Below, piece after piece: positions 17,794 through 27,524 of a stretch of DNA of 64,000 nt (within the stretch, counting starts at the first letter, position 1; every line of letters starts with the position of its first letter). This DNA comes from Candidatus Latescibacterota bacterium (GTDB taxonomy: Bacteria > Latescibacterota > UBA2968 > UBA8231). The position numbers and the translations under genes are program-made. The notes beneath the pieces were generated by a model. That model ran no database searches. It was not told the DNA's origin and saw only the letters and a list, made by a program, of their open reading frames with translations. Location of the stretch: the NCBI GenBank assembly GCA_965215195.1, contig CBDCDC010000002.1, positions 1,664,001 through 1,728,000 on the forward strand, read 5' to 3'.

Positions 17794-19422
17794 GTGAACT
17801 TTTCCTGCAAATGCGCCCTAGTCTCGCTGCTGTTAGCCGGCCCGGTCGCCTCCTCGGCCCAGCCCTCGGTGGCCATGTTCGGCTACTCGCTCAGCATGGG
17901 CAGCGTCACCGTTGGCCAAGAGCAACTGTATCGCCTCAGCCTCCGGCCCGACTTCCCCATGGGCCGCTTGGGCATTGGCCTCGACCTAGAGCTTTTTGTC
18001 GAGCGCAATGGCGACCTCGGGTCCCGCGGCTGGGAGGCTGGCTCGTCAACTCAAACCTTCGACTCGATCTTGCGCAAGATCTACTACGTGCGCTATGGCC
18101 GTCCCAACGACGCGGTGTACGTCAAAATCGGCGCACTCGACGACGTGACGCTGGGGTACGGCCTCATCATGGACAACTACCGCAACACCCTGCACTATCC
18201 AGGCATCAAGAAAACCGGACTCCAGTTCCGCATCGCCAATCTCGCCGGCACTAATATCGGACTCGAAGGAGCGATCAACAACCTGCAAGACTTCCAAGAG
18301 GGCGGTGCGCTCATCGGCCTGCGGGCCTTTGGCCGCGCCGCCAACATCGAGTTGGGCGCGACCTTTGTGGCCGATCTCGACCAGTACAGCGGCCTGCGCG
18401 ACAGCGATTTCGACGGCGTGCCCGACCCTATTGACGCCTTCCCGCACGACGGCAACTTCGCCCTCGACAACGACGCCGACGGCGTACCCGACCACCTCGA
18501 CAGCGACGACGACAACGACGGCATCATCGACGCCGACGCCGGCAGCGGCCTCTCGGCCGACATCGCCTCCGCCTTGTTGGGGCTCAACGCCAATTACGGC
18601 GACGCCTTCCCAATAGACCAAGACGTGGACCGCCGCAAGCCCTTCAACAGAAACCGCGTTGGCCGCGACTTCTTTTCGATCTTGGGCGTAGATGTGGGCT
18701 ATCCGCTCATCCACGACTTAGGCCTACAGCTCAAGCTCTACGGCCAATTCGCCCTGCTGCTCGACGACCGCGACAACCTCTCCAGCTTGGAGGCGCAACA
18801 GCAGGGCGTTTTCCCCGGCAATCGCCAAGCGACCGGGTTTGGGGTCGCCGCCCCGAGCCTAGGGCTGGCTTTAGGCCCGCTCAACGGCCAACTGGAGTTC
18901 CGCCACTTCCGCCGCGATTTTGACTCGCGTTACTTCGACGAGCTGTACGAACTCAACCGCGCTCACCTCGACCTCGCCACCGGACAGGCCCAGTCCAAGG
19001 ACGCACGGCTAGGCCACAGCAACGATCTCTCCGGCTTCTTCGGGCACTTGGGCACTGAACTCGGCTCGTACGCGCATGCCTCGGCCTCCTATCAGTACCT
19101 GACGGGCACCAGCGACCCCAAACAGCAGCTCATCGCCAGTGCATCCCTATCGCGCAAACTGCTCAAATACTTCCCCCGCCTCAAGCGCGCGTACGCTTAT
19201 TTCCACAAGAACAACATCGGTCGGCACCTCAACGAGGACGGCACCGGCCAAGACAGCTTCTTCGAGCCAACCGAGGACACGTTCTATGGATTTGACATCG
19301 GCCTGAACGCAAAAGAAGGCGCGTCGGTGCGTTGGGATACCCGCTTCGTCTTTGAGCGTGCGGCCGATGGACGCCTGCAACGACTCAAAATTATGACCCT
19401 CGAAACCGTATTCGACTTTTGA
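17794..19422 (+). CDS. Probable outer-membrane beta-barrel protein with inserted thrombospondin type-3-like Ca-binding repeats
   Basis: GTG start with signal peptide; DSDFDGVPD...DNDADGVPD...DDDNDGIID; C-terminal Phe (ETVFDF). Confidence 0.7.
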   Translation: MNFSCKCALVSLLLAGPVASSAQPSVAMFGYSLSMGSVTVGQEQLYRLSLRPDFPMGRLGIGLDLELFVERNGDLGSRGWEAGSSTQTFDSILRKIYYVRYGRPNDAVYVKIGALDDVTLGYGLIMDNYRNTLHYPGIKKTGLQFRIANLAGTNIGLEGAINNLQDFQEGGALIGLRAFGRAANIELGATFVADLDQYSGLRDSDFDGVPDPIDAFPHDGNFALDNDADGVPDHLDSDDDNDGIIDADAGSGLSADIASALLGLNANYGDAFPIDQDVDRRKPFNRNRVGRDFFSILGVDVGYPLIHDLGLQLKLYGQFALLLDDRDNLSSLEAQQQGVFPGNRQATGFGVAAPSLGLALGPLNGQLEFRHFRRDFDSRYFDELYELNRAHLDLATGQAQSKDARLGHSNDLSGFFGHLGTELGSYAHASASYQYLTGTSDPKQQLIASASLSRKLLKYFPRLKRAYAYFHKNNIGRHLNEDGTGQDSFFEPTEDTFYGFDIGLNAKEGASVRWDTRFVFERAADGRLQRLKIMTLETVFDF

Positions 19423-19423
19423 C

Positions 19424-20536
19424 GTGAAAATCACCCGCGTATCCGCCCATTACCTGCGCCTGCCCAACGTCACCGCCCACTGCGACGGCACGCAGGACAC
19501 CTGTCTGATTCAAATAGAAACCGACGCCGGCATCACCGGCTGGGGCGAAGTTGATTCGGCCCCCACCGTGGTCAAGGCCGTCGTCGAGGCGCCGCTCTCC
19601 CACCAGATTAGCAACGGCCTCGCCAATGCGCTAGAGGGCCTAGACCCGCTGGCCATCGACGTATGCGGGGATCGCATGCTCGACGCGGCCAATTACTACG
19701 GCCGCGTCGGCGTGGGCACACACGCCATGGCTGGCGTCAACCTCGCGCTGTGGGACATTGCGGGCAAGGCGCGCGGCTGCCCGGCCTACGAGCTGCTCGG
19801 CGGCCCCTATCAAAGCAAATTCCGCGCGTATTGCTCCGTCCTCTTCGGCGACACGCCGCAAGAGACCAGCGAGCTGGCCCGCCGCTTTGCCGACGAGGGG
19901 TTCACGGCCATCAAGTTCGGCTGGGGGCCGATGGGGCAGAGCGAGGCCAACGATATCGCCTTGGTGCGCGAAGCGAGGAAGGGGGCCGGGCCGGAAGTGG
20001 ACATCTTGGTGGATGCTGGGCAGGTGTGGGACTGGAAAACCGGCCTCAAGCGCGCCGAGCAGTTTGCCGAGTACGGCGTATTCTGGCTCGAAGAACCTTT
20101 GCACCCCGAGGATGTTGCAGGCTATGCGCATCTCTGCGAGCGCAGCCCGGTGCCCATCGCCACGGGCGAGGCCGAGTCGCGCTATCGGGATTTTGAGCGG
20201 CTGCTCGTCGAGGGCCGCATCGACTGGGTTCAGCCGGACCCGGGCCGCTGCGGGCTTTCGACCATGGTCGCGGTTGGCCGCCTCGCGCACCGCCTACACC
20301 GCAAAGTAGTAAACCACTCGTTCAAAAGCGGCATCACCATCGCGGCCTCCCTGCACGGGCTAGCGGCGGTCCCCCACGGCGAGGTCTTTGAATACTGCAT
20401 GGCCGACTCGCCCTTGCGCCATGACTTGACGCACGAAAAATTCGCGGTCGTCGATGGGTACGTTCACGTGCCGGAGGGGCCGGGGTTGGGCGTGACCATC
20501 AATGAAGAGATCGTAGAAAAGTACCTAGTGAGCTAA
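19424..20536 (+). CDS. Mandelate racemase/muconate lactonizing (enolase superfamily) enzyme
   Basis: IETDAGITGWGE, ALWDIAGKA, LLGG, AIKFGW, WLEEP, ATGE, PEGPGLGV. Confidence 0.9.
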   Translation: MKITRVSAHYLRLPNVTAHCDGTQDTCLIQIETDAGITGWGEVDSAPTVVKAVVEAPLSHQISNGLANALEGLDPLAIDVCGDRMLDAANYYGRVGVGTHAMAGVNLALWDIAGKARGCPAYELLGGPYQSKFRAYCSVLFGDTPQETSELARRFADEGFTAIKFGWGPMGQSEANDIALVREARKGAGPEVDILVDAGQVWDWKTGLKRAEQFAEYGVFWLEEPLHPEDVAGYAHLCERSPVPIATGEAESRYRDFERLLVEGRIDWVQPDPGRCGLSTMVAVGRLAHRLHRKVVNHSFKSGITIAASLHGLAAVPHGEVFEYCMADSPLRHDLTHEKFAVVDGYVHVPEGPGLGVTINEEIVEKYLVS

Positions 20537-20669
20537 CGGACGTTGCGCATCGCCCTGTCTGTGCGCGAGGCACTGGCCGCTCTTCGCGCCCTCGGGTTTA
20601 TTTTACTTTATTTTTCGTCGATAGAAAGTTCGCACCCCGCACATCGAGCGACAAGAGAGGAGGGTTGCC

Positions 20670-21254
20670 ATGCTCAGCCCCAACCCGGCCGTCAAGTTCA
20701 CCTATGAGGACTACCAGCACACCCCAGAGGACCAGCACTACGAGTTATTGGACGGAGAGTTGATTATGGCCCCCGCGCCCAACCTAGGACACCAGCGAAT
20801 TGACACCAAATTGGGATGGCGACTGGCTCAATTTGTGGAGGAGCGGGATTTGGGCGAAGTCTTTTTCGCGCCCTGCGACGTGGTGCTGTCGAACGCAGAT
20901 GTGGTGCAGCCGGATCTGCTGTTCGTCTCCCACCAGCGAGCGCACCTATTGCTCGGCGGCGCGAATGTCCTCGGCGCACCGGATTTGGTCGTCGAGATCC
21001 TGTCGCCTTCCACGGCCGGGCGGGACCGGACGCTCAAACGCACCCTGTACGCCAAGCACGGGGTGCAGGAGTACTGGCTGGTCGATCCAGACGCCCGGAC
21101 GGTGACGGTGCTGCGGCTGGATGCAGGTGCCTTTGAGGTGGCGGCCCTGTACGGCGAGGGGCAGACGATGACCTCGCCTACACTCGCCGGCTTCACCGCT
21201 GACCTGAACGAAATTTTCGGCCCCCGCGCCCAACCCAAGGCACCAGCGAATTGA
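20670..21254 (+). CDS. Uma2 (DUF820) family PD-(D/E)xK endonuclease-like protein
   Basis: YELLDGEL, VQPDLLF, PDLVVEILSPST, YAKHGVQEYWLVDP. Confidence 0.92.
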   Translation: MLSPNPAVKFTYEDYQHTPEDQHYELLDGELIMAPAPNLGHQRIDTKLGWRLAQFVEERDLGEVFFAPCDVVLSNADVVQPDLLFVSHQRAHLLLGGANVLGAPDLVVEILSPSTAGRDRTLKRTLYAKHGVQEYWLVDPDARTVTVLRLDAGAFEVAALYGEGQTMTSPTLAGFTADLNEIFGPRAQPKAPAN

Positions 21255-21261
21255 CGCCAAA
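20768..21261 (+). repeat. 43-bp direct repeat (20768-20810 and 21219-21261), 4 mismatches
   Basis: GGCCCCCGCGCCCAACCTAGGACACCAGCGAATTGACACCAAA vs GGCCCCCGCGCCCAACCCAAGGCACCAGCGAATTGACGCCAAA. Confidence 0.85.
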
Positions 21262-21452
21262 CCTACCTGCCCGGCCGCCGCGAGACCTATGTCCACAGGC
21301 GTAAAGCGGATATTAACCCAATAAGACCGTAGGGCGTCCCGCCAAAAACGCCCACTCAGGTCAGGGGTCGTGTACTTAGATAAAAATGTCTTTTACCGCT
21401 CTTGCGCCTTGCCTCAGGATAAAAATTGCCCCAGATGCCGGCGGCTCGTACT

Positions 21453-21485
21453 TTACAGATTGTAAATTCAATTTCCAATCTGTAA
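21453..21485. promoter_or_regulatory. 33-bp near-perfect palindrome, candidate operator
   Basis: TTACAGATTG-T-AAATT-C-AATTT-C-CAATCTGTAA ending 10 bp upstream of the AAA ATPase start. Confidence 0.55.
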
Positions 21486-21495
21486 GGATCGCACC

Positions 21496-22665
21496 GTGAT
21501 TCCTCGGCAAGCCGCCACTTTAGCCGCCAATTTGGCGCGGGCGTTCAAAGTGCTGGCCATCATCGGCCCCCGTCAGTCGGGCAAGACGACGCTAGCCCGC
21601 AGTCTGTTCGGCGACAAACCCTACGTCAACCTCGAAGAGCCGGATCAACGCACCTACGCCCGCGAAGAGCCGCGCCGCTTTCTGGCCCAGTACCCCGACG
21701 GGGCCATCCTCGACGAAGCTCAGCACTGCCCCGACCTGTTCTCCTATCTGCAAGGGCTCGTCGATGCCCAGCCAAGGCCCGGCCAGTTCATTCTCACTGG
21801 ATCGCAGCACTTAGGTTTGGTCGAGCGCATCACCCAGTCGCTGGCCGGTCGGGTCGGCTTTGTCCGGCTGCTGCCTTTTTCCTTGGACGAATTGACCAGC
21901 GGCGGCGTACGTCCCTCCTCCTTGGAAGAGGTCCTCTACATCGGCGGCTATCCCCCGGTGTACGACCAGCCCGTGACGCCTGAGTGGTGGTACAATGCCT
22001 ACATTACGACCTACGTAGAGCGCGATGTGCGGCAGTTGATCAATGTGCGCGACTTGATCGTTTTTCAGCGCTTTGTGGCCCTGTGCGCCGGGCATATCGG
22101 CCAACTGCTCAACACCACCCGCATGGGCGCGGATTTGGGCATAACCCACAATACGGTGCGGACTTGGCTGGACCTCCTCGAAGCTAGTTTCGTCCTCTTT
22201 CGGCTGCGGCCCCACTACCGCAACTTTCGCAAACGACTCATAAAGACGCCCAAACTCTACTTCTACGACACCGGCCTAGCCGCCCGCCTGCTCGGCCTTG
22301 AAGCCCCGCAGCAACTGGCCACTCACCCCATGCGGGGGCCTCTGTTTGAAAACTGGGTTGTGGCCGACCTACTCAAGCAGCGCGGCAACCGCGGCAAGGC
22401 CGACAACTTCTTCTTCTGGCGCAACCACACCGGCTTGGAAGTCGATCTGTTGGCCGACCAAGGCCAAACCCTCTTGCCGGTGGAAATTAAAGCCGGCAGC
22501 ACAGTGGCGGCGGATTGGTTTAGACCGCTGGCTCGCTGGAGCACCCTAGCCGGTGCGGTCGGGCGGTCTCCTTGGCTGGTGTACGGGGGCGATCAGCGGC
22601 AGCAGCGTCGGGGGGTCGATATCGTGCCGTGGGCCGGTATTGGCGAATTGGGAGCGGTGATTTGA
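21496..22665 (+). CDS. AAA_14 ATPase with DUF4143 domain
   Basis: GPRQSGKTT Walker A, ILDEAQ, LTGS, KTPKLYFYDTGL, EVD..VEIK. Confidence 0.9.
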   Translation: MIPRQAATLAANLARAFKVLAIIGPRQSGKTTLARSLFGDKPYVNLEEPDQRTYAREEPRRFLAQYPDGAILDEAQHCPDLFSYLQGLVDAQPRPGQFILTGSQHLGLVERITQSLAGRVGFVRLLPFSLDELTSGGVRPSSLEEVLYIGGYPPVYDQPVTPEWWYNAYITTYVERDVRQLINVRDLIVFQRFVALCAGHIGQLLNTTRMGADLGITHNTVRTWLDLLEASFVLFRLRPHYRNFRKRLIKTPKLYFYDTGLAARLLGLEAPQQLATHPMRGPLFENWVVADLLKQRGNRGKADNFFFWRNHTGLEVDLLADQGQTLLPVEIKAGSTVAADWFRPLARWSTLAGAVGRSPWLVYGGDQRQQRRGVDIVPWAGIGELGAVI

Positions 22666-22717
22666 ACAGCCGCTGGCCCTCTGGACGGACGGGCCGACAC
22701 ACAACAGGAGATTGTTT

Positions 22718-23851
22718 ATGCTCATCATCGACGGCCACCTCGACTTGGCCTTCAACGCCCTGCACCACCGCCGCGACCTCACCCAAGACGTCCGCGTCCT
22801 GCGCGAGCGCGAGGACCCCAAACCTGTAGGCCCTTCGCACCCCGACTCACTGCGCGACAGAAAGCGCCCCGAAAGCACCGCCCGCGGCACCGCCACCGTA
22901 TCCTTGCCGCAGATGCGCCAAGGCTGCGTCGGGATCGCGCTCTCGACCATTATGAGCCGGGTGCAGATGCCCACCGGCATCCTCGACGACGGCATGAGAA
23001 CCCAAGAAGCAGCCCACGCCATCGGCCAATCGCATCTCCACTATTACAAGGCATTAGAACGCGAAGGCGAGGTCCGCTTCATCCGCGACCCAAGTGACCT
23101 CAACGCGGCCATTGCCGCTTGGCAACATCCCGACCCAACGACCCCAATCGGCCTAATTCTGAGCATGGAAAGCGCCGACCCCATCTTAGGCCCAGAGCAA
23201 GTAAGGTGGTGGTGGGAGCAGGGCCTGCGCTCGGTGGGTCTGACGCATTTTGGCGCCAATACTTGGGGTCATGGCACCGGCACCCGCGGCGGGTTGTACG
23301 CCGACGCCTATCCCCTGCTCGACGCGCTCGCCGCAACGAACATCGCCCTCGACCTGACCCACGCCTCAGACTTGGTATTTTGGCAGCTTTTGGACTACTG
23401 GTCGGGGCCGGTCCACGCCAGCCACTGCAACTGCCGCGCCCTCGTCCCCGGCCAGCGCCACCTCAGCGACGAGATGGTCCGAGCCATTGCTGAGCGCGGC
23501 GGCGTCATCGGCGCGGTTTTCGCCGAATTCATGCTCAATCCCGCGATCGACTTCGACGACCCGGCCACCTATCCGCAGACCGCCCGCCGCCCCATGTCGG
23601 CTGTCGTCGATCACCTCGACCACATCTGCCAACTCGTCGGTAACTGCGACCACGTCGCCATCGGCTCCGATCTCGACGGCGGCTTTGGGCGCGAAATGGC
23701 CCCCATCGACTACGACACCATTGCCGACCTACAGCGCTTCCTCGACATTCTCGACCGGCGGGGCTACTCGACCAACGACATGGCGGCCATAGCCCACGGC
23801 AACCTCGCGCGCTTCTTCCGCCAAGCCTGGAGCGACAGCCATCCCGAATGA
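22718..23851 (+). CDS. Membrane dipeptidase (peptidase M19) family
   Basis: IIDGHLDLAF, SMESAD, HASHCN, GSDLDG, GNL.RF. Confidence 0.85.
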   Translation: MLIIDGHLDLAFNALHHRRDLTQDVRVLREREDPKPVGPSHPDSLRDRKRPESTARGTATVSLPQMRQGCVGIALSTIMSRVQMPTGILDDGMRTQEAAHAIGQSHLHYYKALEREGEVRFIRDPSDLNAAIAAWQHPDPTTPIGLILSMESADPILGPEQVRWWWEQGLRSVGLTHFGANTWGHGTGTRGGLYADAYPLLDALAATNIALDLTHASDLVFWQLLDYWSGPVHASHCNCRALVPGQRHLSDEMVRAIAERGGVIGAVFAEFMLNPAIDFDDPATYPQTARRPMSAVVDHLDHICQLVGNCDHVAIGSDLDGGFGREMAPIDYDTIADLQRFLDILDRRGYSTNDMAAIAHGNLARFFRQAWSDSHPE

Positions 23852-23914
23852 CTTGAACAATTCAAGAGCGGCTATTTTGCTCCTCACCTTGCAAATAACT
23901 AGGATCGCCATACT

Positions 23915-25003
23915 ATGACCGACGCACACCCCTTGATCCTCGATAGCCACCTCGATCTAGCTTTTTCCGCCCTGCAAATCAACCGCGACCTGACGCAAAA
24001 GGCGGCCACCGTGCGCGTCCACGACTCGGTGCAGACCATGGAAGGGTTCGGCTCCTGCACGGTGACCTTCCCCGAGCTGCGCCGCGGCAAGGTCGGCCTG
24101 TTCTGCGGCACGGTGATGTCGCGCCTAGACCAAGGCGACCGGTGGACCCGCACCGGCATGTACTGCCAGAGCCAGTGCTACGGCGTCGGCCGCGGACATT
24201 TGGCGTACTACCAAGCACTCGAACGCGCGGGCCTGCTCCGCTTCGTCAAAAGCATCGCCGATCTAGACGAAACCATCGCCGCCTGGCAAAACCCCGGCCC
24301 GACGACCCCCTTCGGCCTGATTCTCGCGATGGAGAGTGCCGACCCCATTTTAGGCCCGGACCAAGTGCCCGAGTGGCGCGAACTCGGCTTGCGCCTAGTG
24401 TCGATCTCGCATTACGGAACCAGCACCTACGCGCACGGCACCGGCACCGAAGGCGGGCTGTTGCCGCCGGCCAAACCCCTGCTCGACGCGCTCAAAGCGG
24501 CCGGCATCATCATCGACTTGACCCACTTGACCGACCAAGCCCACTGGGAGCTTTTGGACGCGTACGACGGCCCGGTCTGCGCTTCGCACCACAATTGCCG
24601 CGCCCTCACCCCCGGCCAGCGCCAGCTCACCGACGCAATGATCCGCTCCATCGCCGAGCGCGATGGGGTCATCGGCACGGCCTTCGACGCTTGGATGCTC
24701 GACCCGGGCTGGCAGCGCAAAGTCCCCGCCTTTGCACAACTGACCAACGCCACCTTGGAAACCGTCGCCAACCACATCGACCACATCAGCCAGCTTTTGG
24801 GCACTGTGCGCCACTGCGGCATTGGCACTGATCTCGACGGCGGCTTCGGCACCGAGCAAGCCCCGCGCAACCTCAACACCATCGCCGATCTGCAAAAACT
24901 CCAGCCCATCTTCGCACACCGCGGCTACTCGCCAGCAGACATCGCCGGGATTTTTTCGGGCAACTGGATCCGGCTCTTCAAGGACGTGTGGGGCCGCTCT
25001 TAA
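23915..25003 (+). CDS. Membrane dipeptidase (peptidase M19) family, tandem paralog
   Basis: LDSHLDLAF, AMESADPILGP, CASHHN, GTDLDGG. Confidence 0.85.
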   Translation: MTDAHPLILDSHLDLAFSALQINRDLTQKAATVRVHDSVQTMEGFGSCTVTFPELRRGKVGLFCGTVMSRLDQGDRWTRTGMYCQSQCYGVGRGHLAYYQALERAGLLRFVKSIADLDETIAAWQNPGPTTPFGLILAMESADPILGPDQVPEWRELGLRLVSISHYGTSTYAHGTGTEGGLLPPAKPLLDALKAAGIIIDLTHLTDQAHWELLDAYDGPVCASHHNCRALTPGQRQLTDAMIRSIAERDGVIGTAFDAWMLDPGWQRKVPAFAQLTNATLETVANHIDHISQLLGTVRHCGIGTDLDGGFGTEQAPRNLNTIADLQKLQPIFAHRGYSPADIAGIFSGNWIRLFKDVWGRS

Positions 25004-25088
25004 AATCGGCGGATGCGTTGCCGCCATGCGACTGCCTCTGACGTTCTCTCCTTTTTCGTTACAAATCGTTCAAAGTCGTCTCTTTCTC

Positions 25089-25117
25089 TTGTCATTATCG
25101 CCATTCTTGCCTATACT
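25089..25117 (+). promoter_or_regulatory. Putative sigma70 promoter of ilvBN
   Basis: TTGTCA-N17-TATACT. Confidence 0.55.
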
Positions 25118-25174
25118 TTGCTTAGGTTAATTACATAATAATTTCCAAACCACTTATTCTAGGAGGAAATCGAC

Positions 25175-26893
25175 ATGGCGAGAGGAGCCGACAAGGTAAT
25201 CGAAGCACTCGACCGCTTTGGCGTCGAGTACGTCTTCGGCCATCCGGGCGGCGCGGCCATGCCCATCTTTGACGCGCTGCTCAACTCCGAGCAGATCCGC
25301 TTCGTCCTCACCCGGCACGAGCAAGGCGCGACCCACATGGCCGACGGGTATGCCCGCGCCACCGGCAAGCCCGGCGTCGTCCTCGTAACCTCCGGCCCGG
25401 GCGCAACCAACACCATCACCGGCCTGCTAACCGCGCTGATGGATTCCTCGCCCGTCATCGCCCTCACCGGCCAAACCGTCACCTCCATGCTCGGCAAGGA
25501 CGCCTTTCAGGAGGCCGATGTCTTCGGCATCTCCATGCCCGTCGTCAAGCACTCCTATCTGGTGAGAGACCCCAACGACATCCCCCGCGTGATGACCGAG
25601 GCATTCCACATCGCCACCACTGGCCGGCCGGGGCCGGTGCTCGTCGATTTGCCCAAGGACGTCACCCAAGGCGACCCCTTCCCCGAATGCACGGCCGACT
25701 TTCCCGAGAAGGTTTATTTGCCTGGTTACACTTGGCAGACCAAGCCCGCGCCCGAGCTGCTCGAAGCCACCGCCGCCCTCCTGCGCCGGAGCAAGCGTCC
25801 CTTGCTCTACTTGGGCGGCGGCTGCATTGCCTCGGGTGCCCACGAAGCCGCTAGAGCTTTTGCCGAAAAGACGCGGATGCCAGTGACCAACACCCTGCTC
25901 GGCAAGGGAGCGTTCCCCGAGCAGCACGCGCTCTCGGTGGGTATGCTCGGCATGCACGGCACGGCCTATGCCAACAAGGCCGTCGTCGGCTGCGATCTGA
26001 TTATGTCGGTGGGCGGGCGCTGGGACGACCGGATCACGGGCAAGCTGGCAGAATTTTGTCCAGACGCAAAAAAGATCCACATCGACATCGACCCAGCCGA
26101 ATACGGCAAAGTGGTCGTGCCCGACGTTTTTATCGAGGGCGATGCGCGCCAAGTGCTCGAAGAGCTAATCAACTACCTCGAGCCGCTCAACACGGCAGCT
26201 TGGCTGGCCCAAATCGACGAGTGGAAGGAGAAATACCCGCTCAAATACGGCAAGCGCGGCGGCCTCAAGATGCAGGCCGTCATCGACCGCCTGTACGAAC
26301 TGACCGCTGGCCGCGCCGTGGTGACCACGGACGTCGGCCAGCACCAGATGTGGGCGGCCCAGTTCTACAAGACGGCACACCACCGCCAGTGGCTTTCCTC
26401 CGGCGGCGCTGGCACCATGGGCTTTGGCTTCCCCGCGGCCATCGGCGCCCAATTCGGCCGTCCCGAAGAGACCGTGGTCGCCATCTGCGGCGACGGCGGC
26501 TTCCAGATGACCCTGTGCGAGCTGGCCACGGCCGTCATCCATCGGCTGCCGATTAAAATTCTAGTCCTCGACAACAAGTACCTCGGCATGGTCCGCCAGT
26601 GGCAGAACCTCTTTTTTGACAATCGCCTCTCCGGCGTCGATCTGGAGGGCAACCCCGACTTCTCCAAGCTCGCCGAAGCCTACGGGGCCAAGGGCTTCCG
26701 CATCAAGCGCACCGCCGACATCGACAAAGTCCTCAAGCAGGCCCTCGCCTGCGACGACGGCCCTTGCGTCATCCACGCCGAATGCGAGAAAGAAGACAAC
26801 GTCTTTCCCATGATCCCGGCCGGAGCCGCGCTCACCGACATGCTGATCGAGGCCCCCAAGCAGAAACTGGCTCAACCCAAAGGGAGCACCTGA
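25175..26893 (+). CDS. ilvB: Acetolactate synthase large subunit
   Basis: [47 protein letters not shown]. Confidence 0.96.
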   Translation: MARGADKVIEALDRFGVEYVFGHPGGAAMPIFDALLNSEQIRFVLTRHEQGATHMADGYARATGKPGVVLVTSGPGATNTITGLLTALMDSSPVIALTGQTVTSMLGKDAFQEADVFGISMPVVKHSYLVRDPNDIPRVMTEAFHIATTGRPGPVLVDLPKDVTQGDPFPECTADFPEKVYLPGYTWQTKPAPELLEATAALLRRSKRPLLYLGGGCIASGAHEAARAFAEKTRMPVTNTLLGKGAFPEQHALSVGMLGMHGTAYANKAVVGCDLIMSVGGRWDDRITGKLAEFCPDAKKIHIDIDPAEYGKVVVPDVFIEGDARQVLEELINYLEPLNTAAWLAQIDEWKEKYPLKYGKRGGLKMQAVIDRLYELTAGRAVVTTDVGQHQMWAAQFYKTAHHRQWLSSGGAGTMGFGFPAAIGAQFGRPEETVVAICGDGGFQMTLCELATAVIHRLPIKILVLDNKYLGMVRQWQNLFFDNRLSGVDLEGNPDFSKLAEAYGAKGFRIKRTADIDKVLKQALACDDGPCVIHAECEKEDNVFPMIPAGAALTDMLIEAPKQKLAQPKGST

Positions 26894-27471
26894 TGCCGAC
26901 GACCATCATCGACTTTGCCGCCGAGGAGCTCAATGCCCGCCAAGAGGCCGTTGACGCGCCTCAGCTCCGGCCGACAGCACCCCAACACAAGACCACCATC
27001 GGCCTGTTGGTCAACGACCGCCCCGGCGTCTTGGTGAGGATCGCCCAGTGCTTTGCGCGCCGCGGCTACAACATCGAGAACCTCGTCGTTTCGCCGGCCC
27101 ACATCCCCCAGTGCTCGCGCATGACCATCACCAGCATCGGGCCGGCCATTGAGCTGCACCAGATCATCCTTCAGCTCAACAAGCTAGTCGACGTCATCCA
27201 CGCCAAAGACCACTCGGCCGACGAGGCCATCACCCGCGAGTTGGCCCTCTTCAAGGTCGGCTGCTCGGTCGCCGAGCGCACCGAGGTCTTGCAGATCGCC
27301 GAGGTTTTCCGCGGCAAGACGGTCGATATCTCGGAGGCCACTATCACCATCGAAGCCACCGGCACCACCGAGAAGATGGACGCGCTCAAGTCGCTTTTGA
27401 GCAAATTCGACCTCAAGGAGATGGTGCGCACCGGCAAGGTGGTCATGGCCCGCGGCATTGAGCCGACGTAA
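26893..27471 (+). CDS. ilvN: Acetolactate synthase small regulatory subunit
   Basis: NDRPGVL.RI..FARRGYNIE, QLNKLVDV, EMVRTG; ATG overlaps the ilvB stop. Confidence 0.93.
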   Translation: MPTTIIDFAAEELNARQEAVDAPQLRPTAPQHKTTIGLLVNDRPGVLVRIAQCFARRGYNIENLVVSPAHIPQCSRMTITSIGPAIELHQIILQLNKLVDVIHAKDHSADEAITRELALFKVGCSVAERTEVLQIAEVFRGKTVDISEATITIEATGTTEKMDALKSLLSKFDLKEMVRTGKVVMARGIEPT

Positions 27472-27508
27472 AAAAGGGGGGGACGGGCGTTGCCCGTCCC
27501 CCCCTTTT
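27472..27508. terminator. Bidirectional intrinsic terminator
   Basis: AAAAGGGGGGGACGGGC-GTT-GCCCGTCCCCCCCTTTT between convergent genes. Confidence 0.85.
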
Positions 27509-27524
27509 GCCATCTGTATCTCCC

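Noticed and set aside
20768-21261. Diversity-generating retroelement (TR/VR pair)
   Set aside because: Repeat is only 43 bp, mismatches are not adenine-specific, and there is no reverse transcriptase in the window.
21329-21353. GTAG-initiated REP-like stem (GTAGGGCGT...ACGCCC)
   Set aside because: Short single copy with a weak stem; could be chance.
25026-25130. Leu-rich short ORF upstream of ilvB as an attenuator leader peptide
   Set aside because: The best promoter (TTGTCA-N17-TATACT) lies inside its 3' half, and no terminator hairpin follows.
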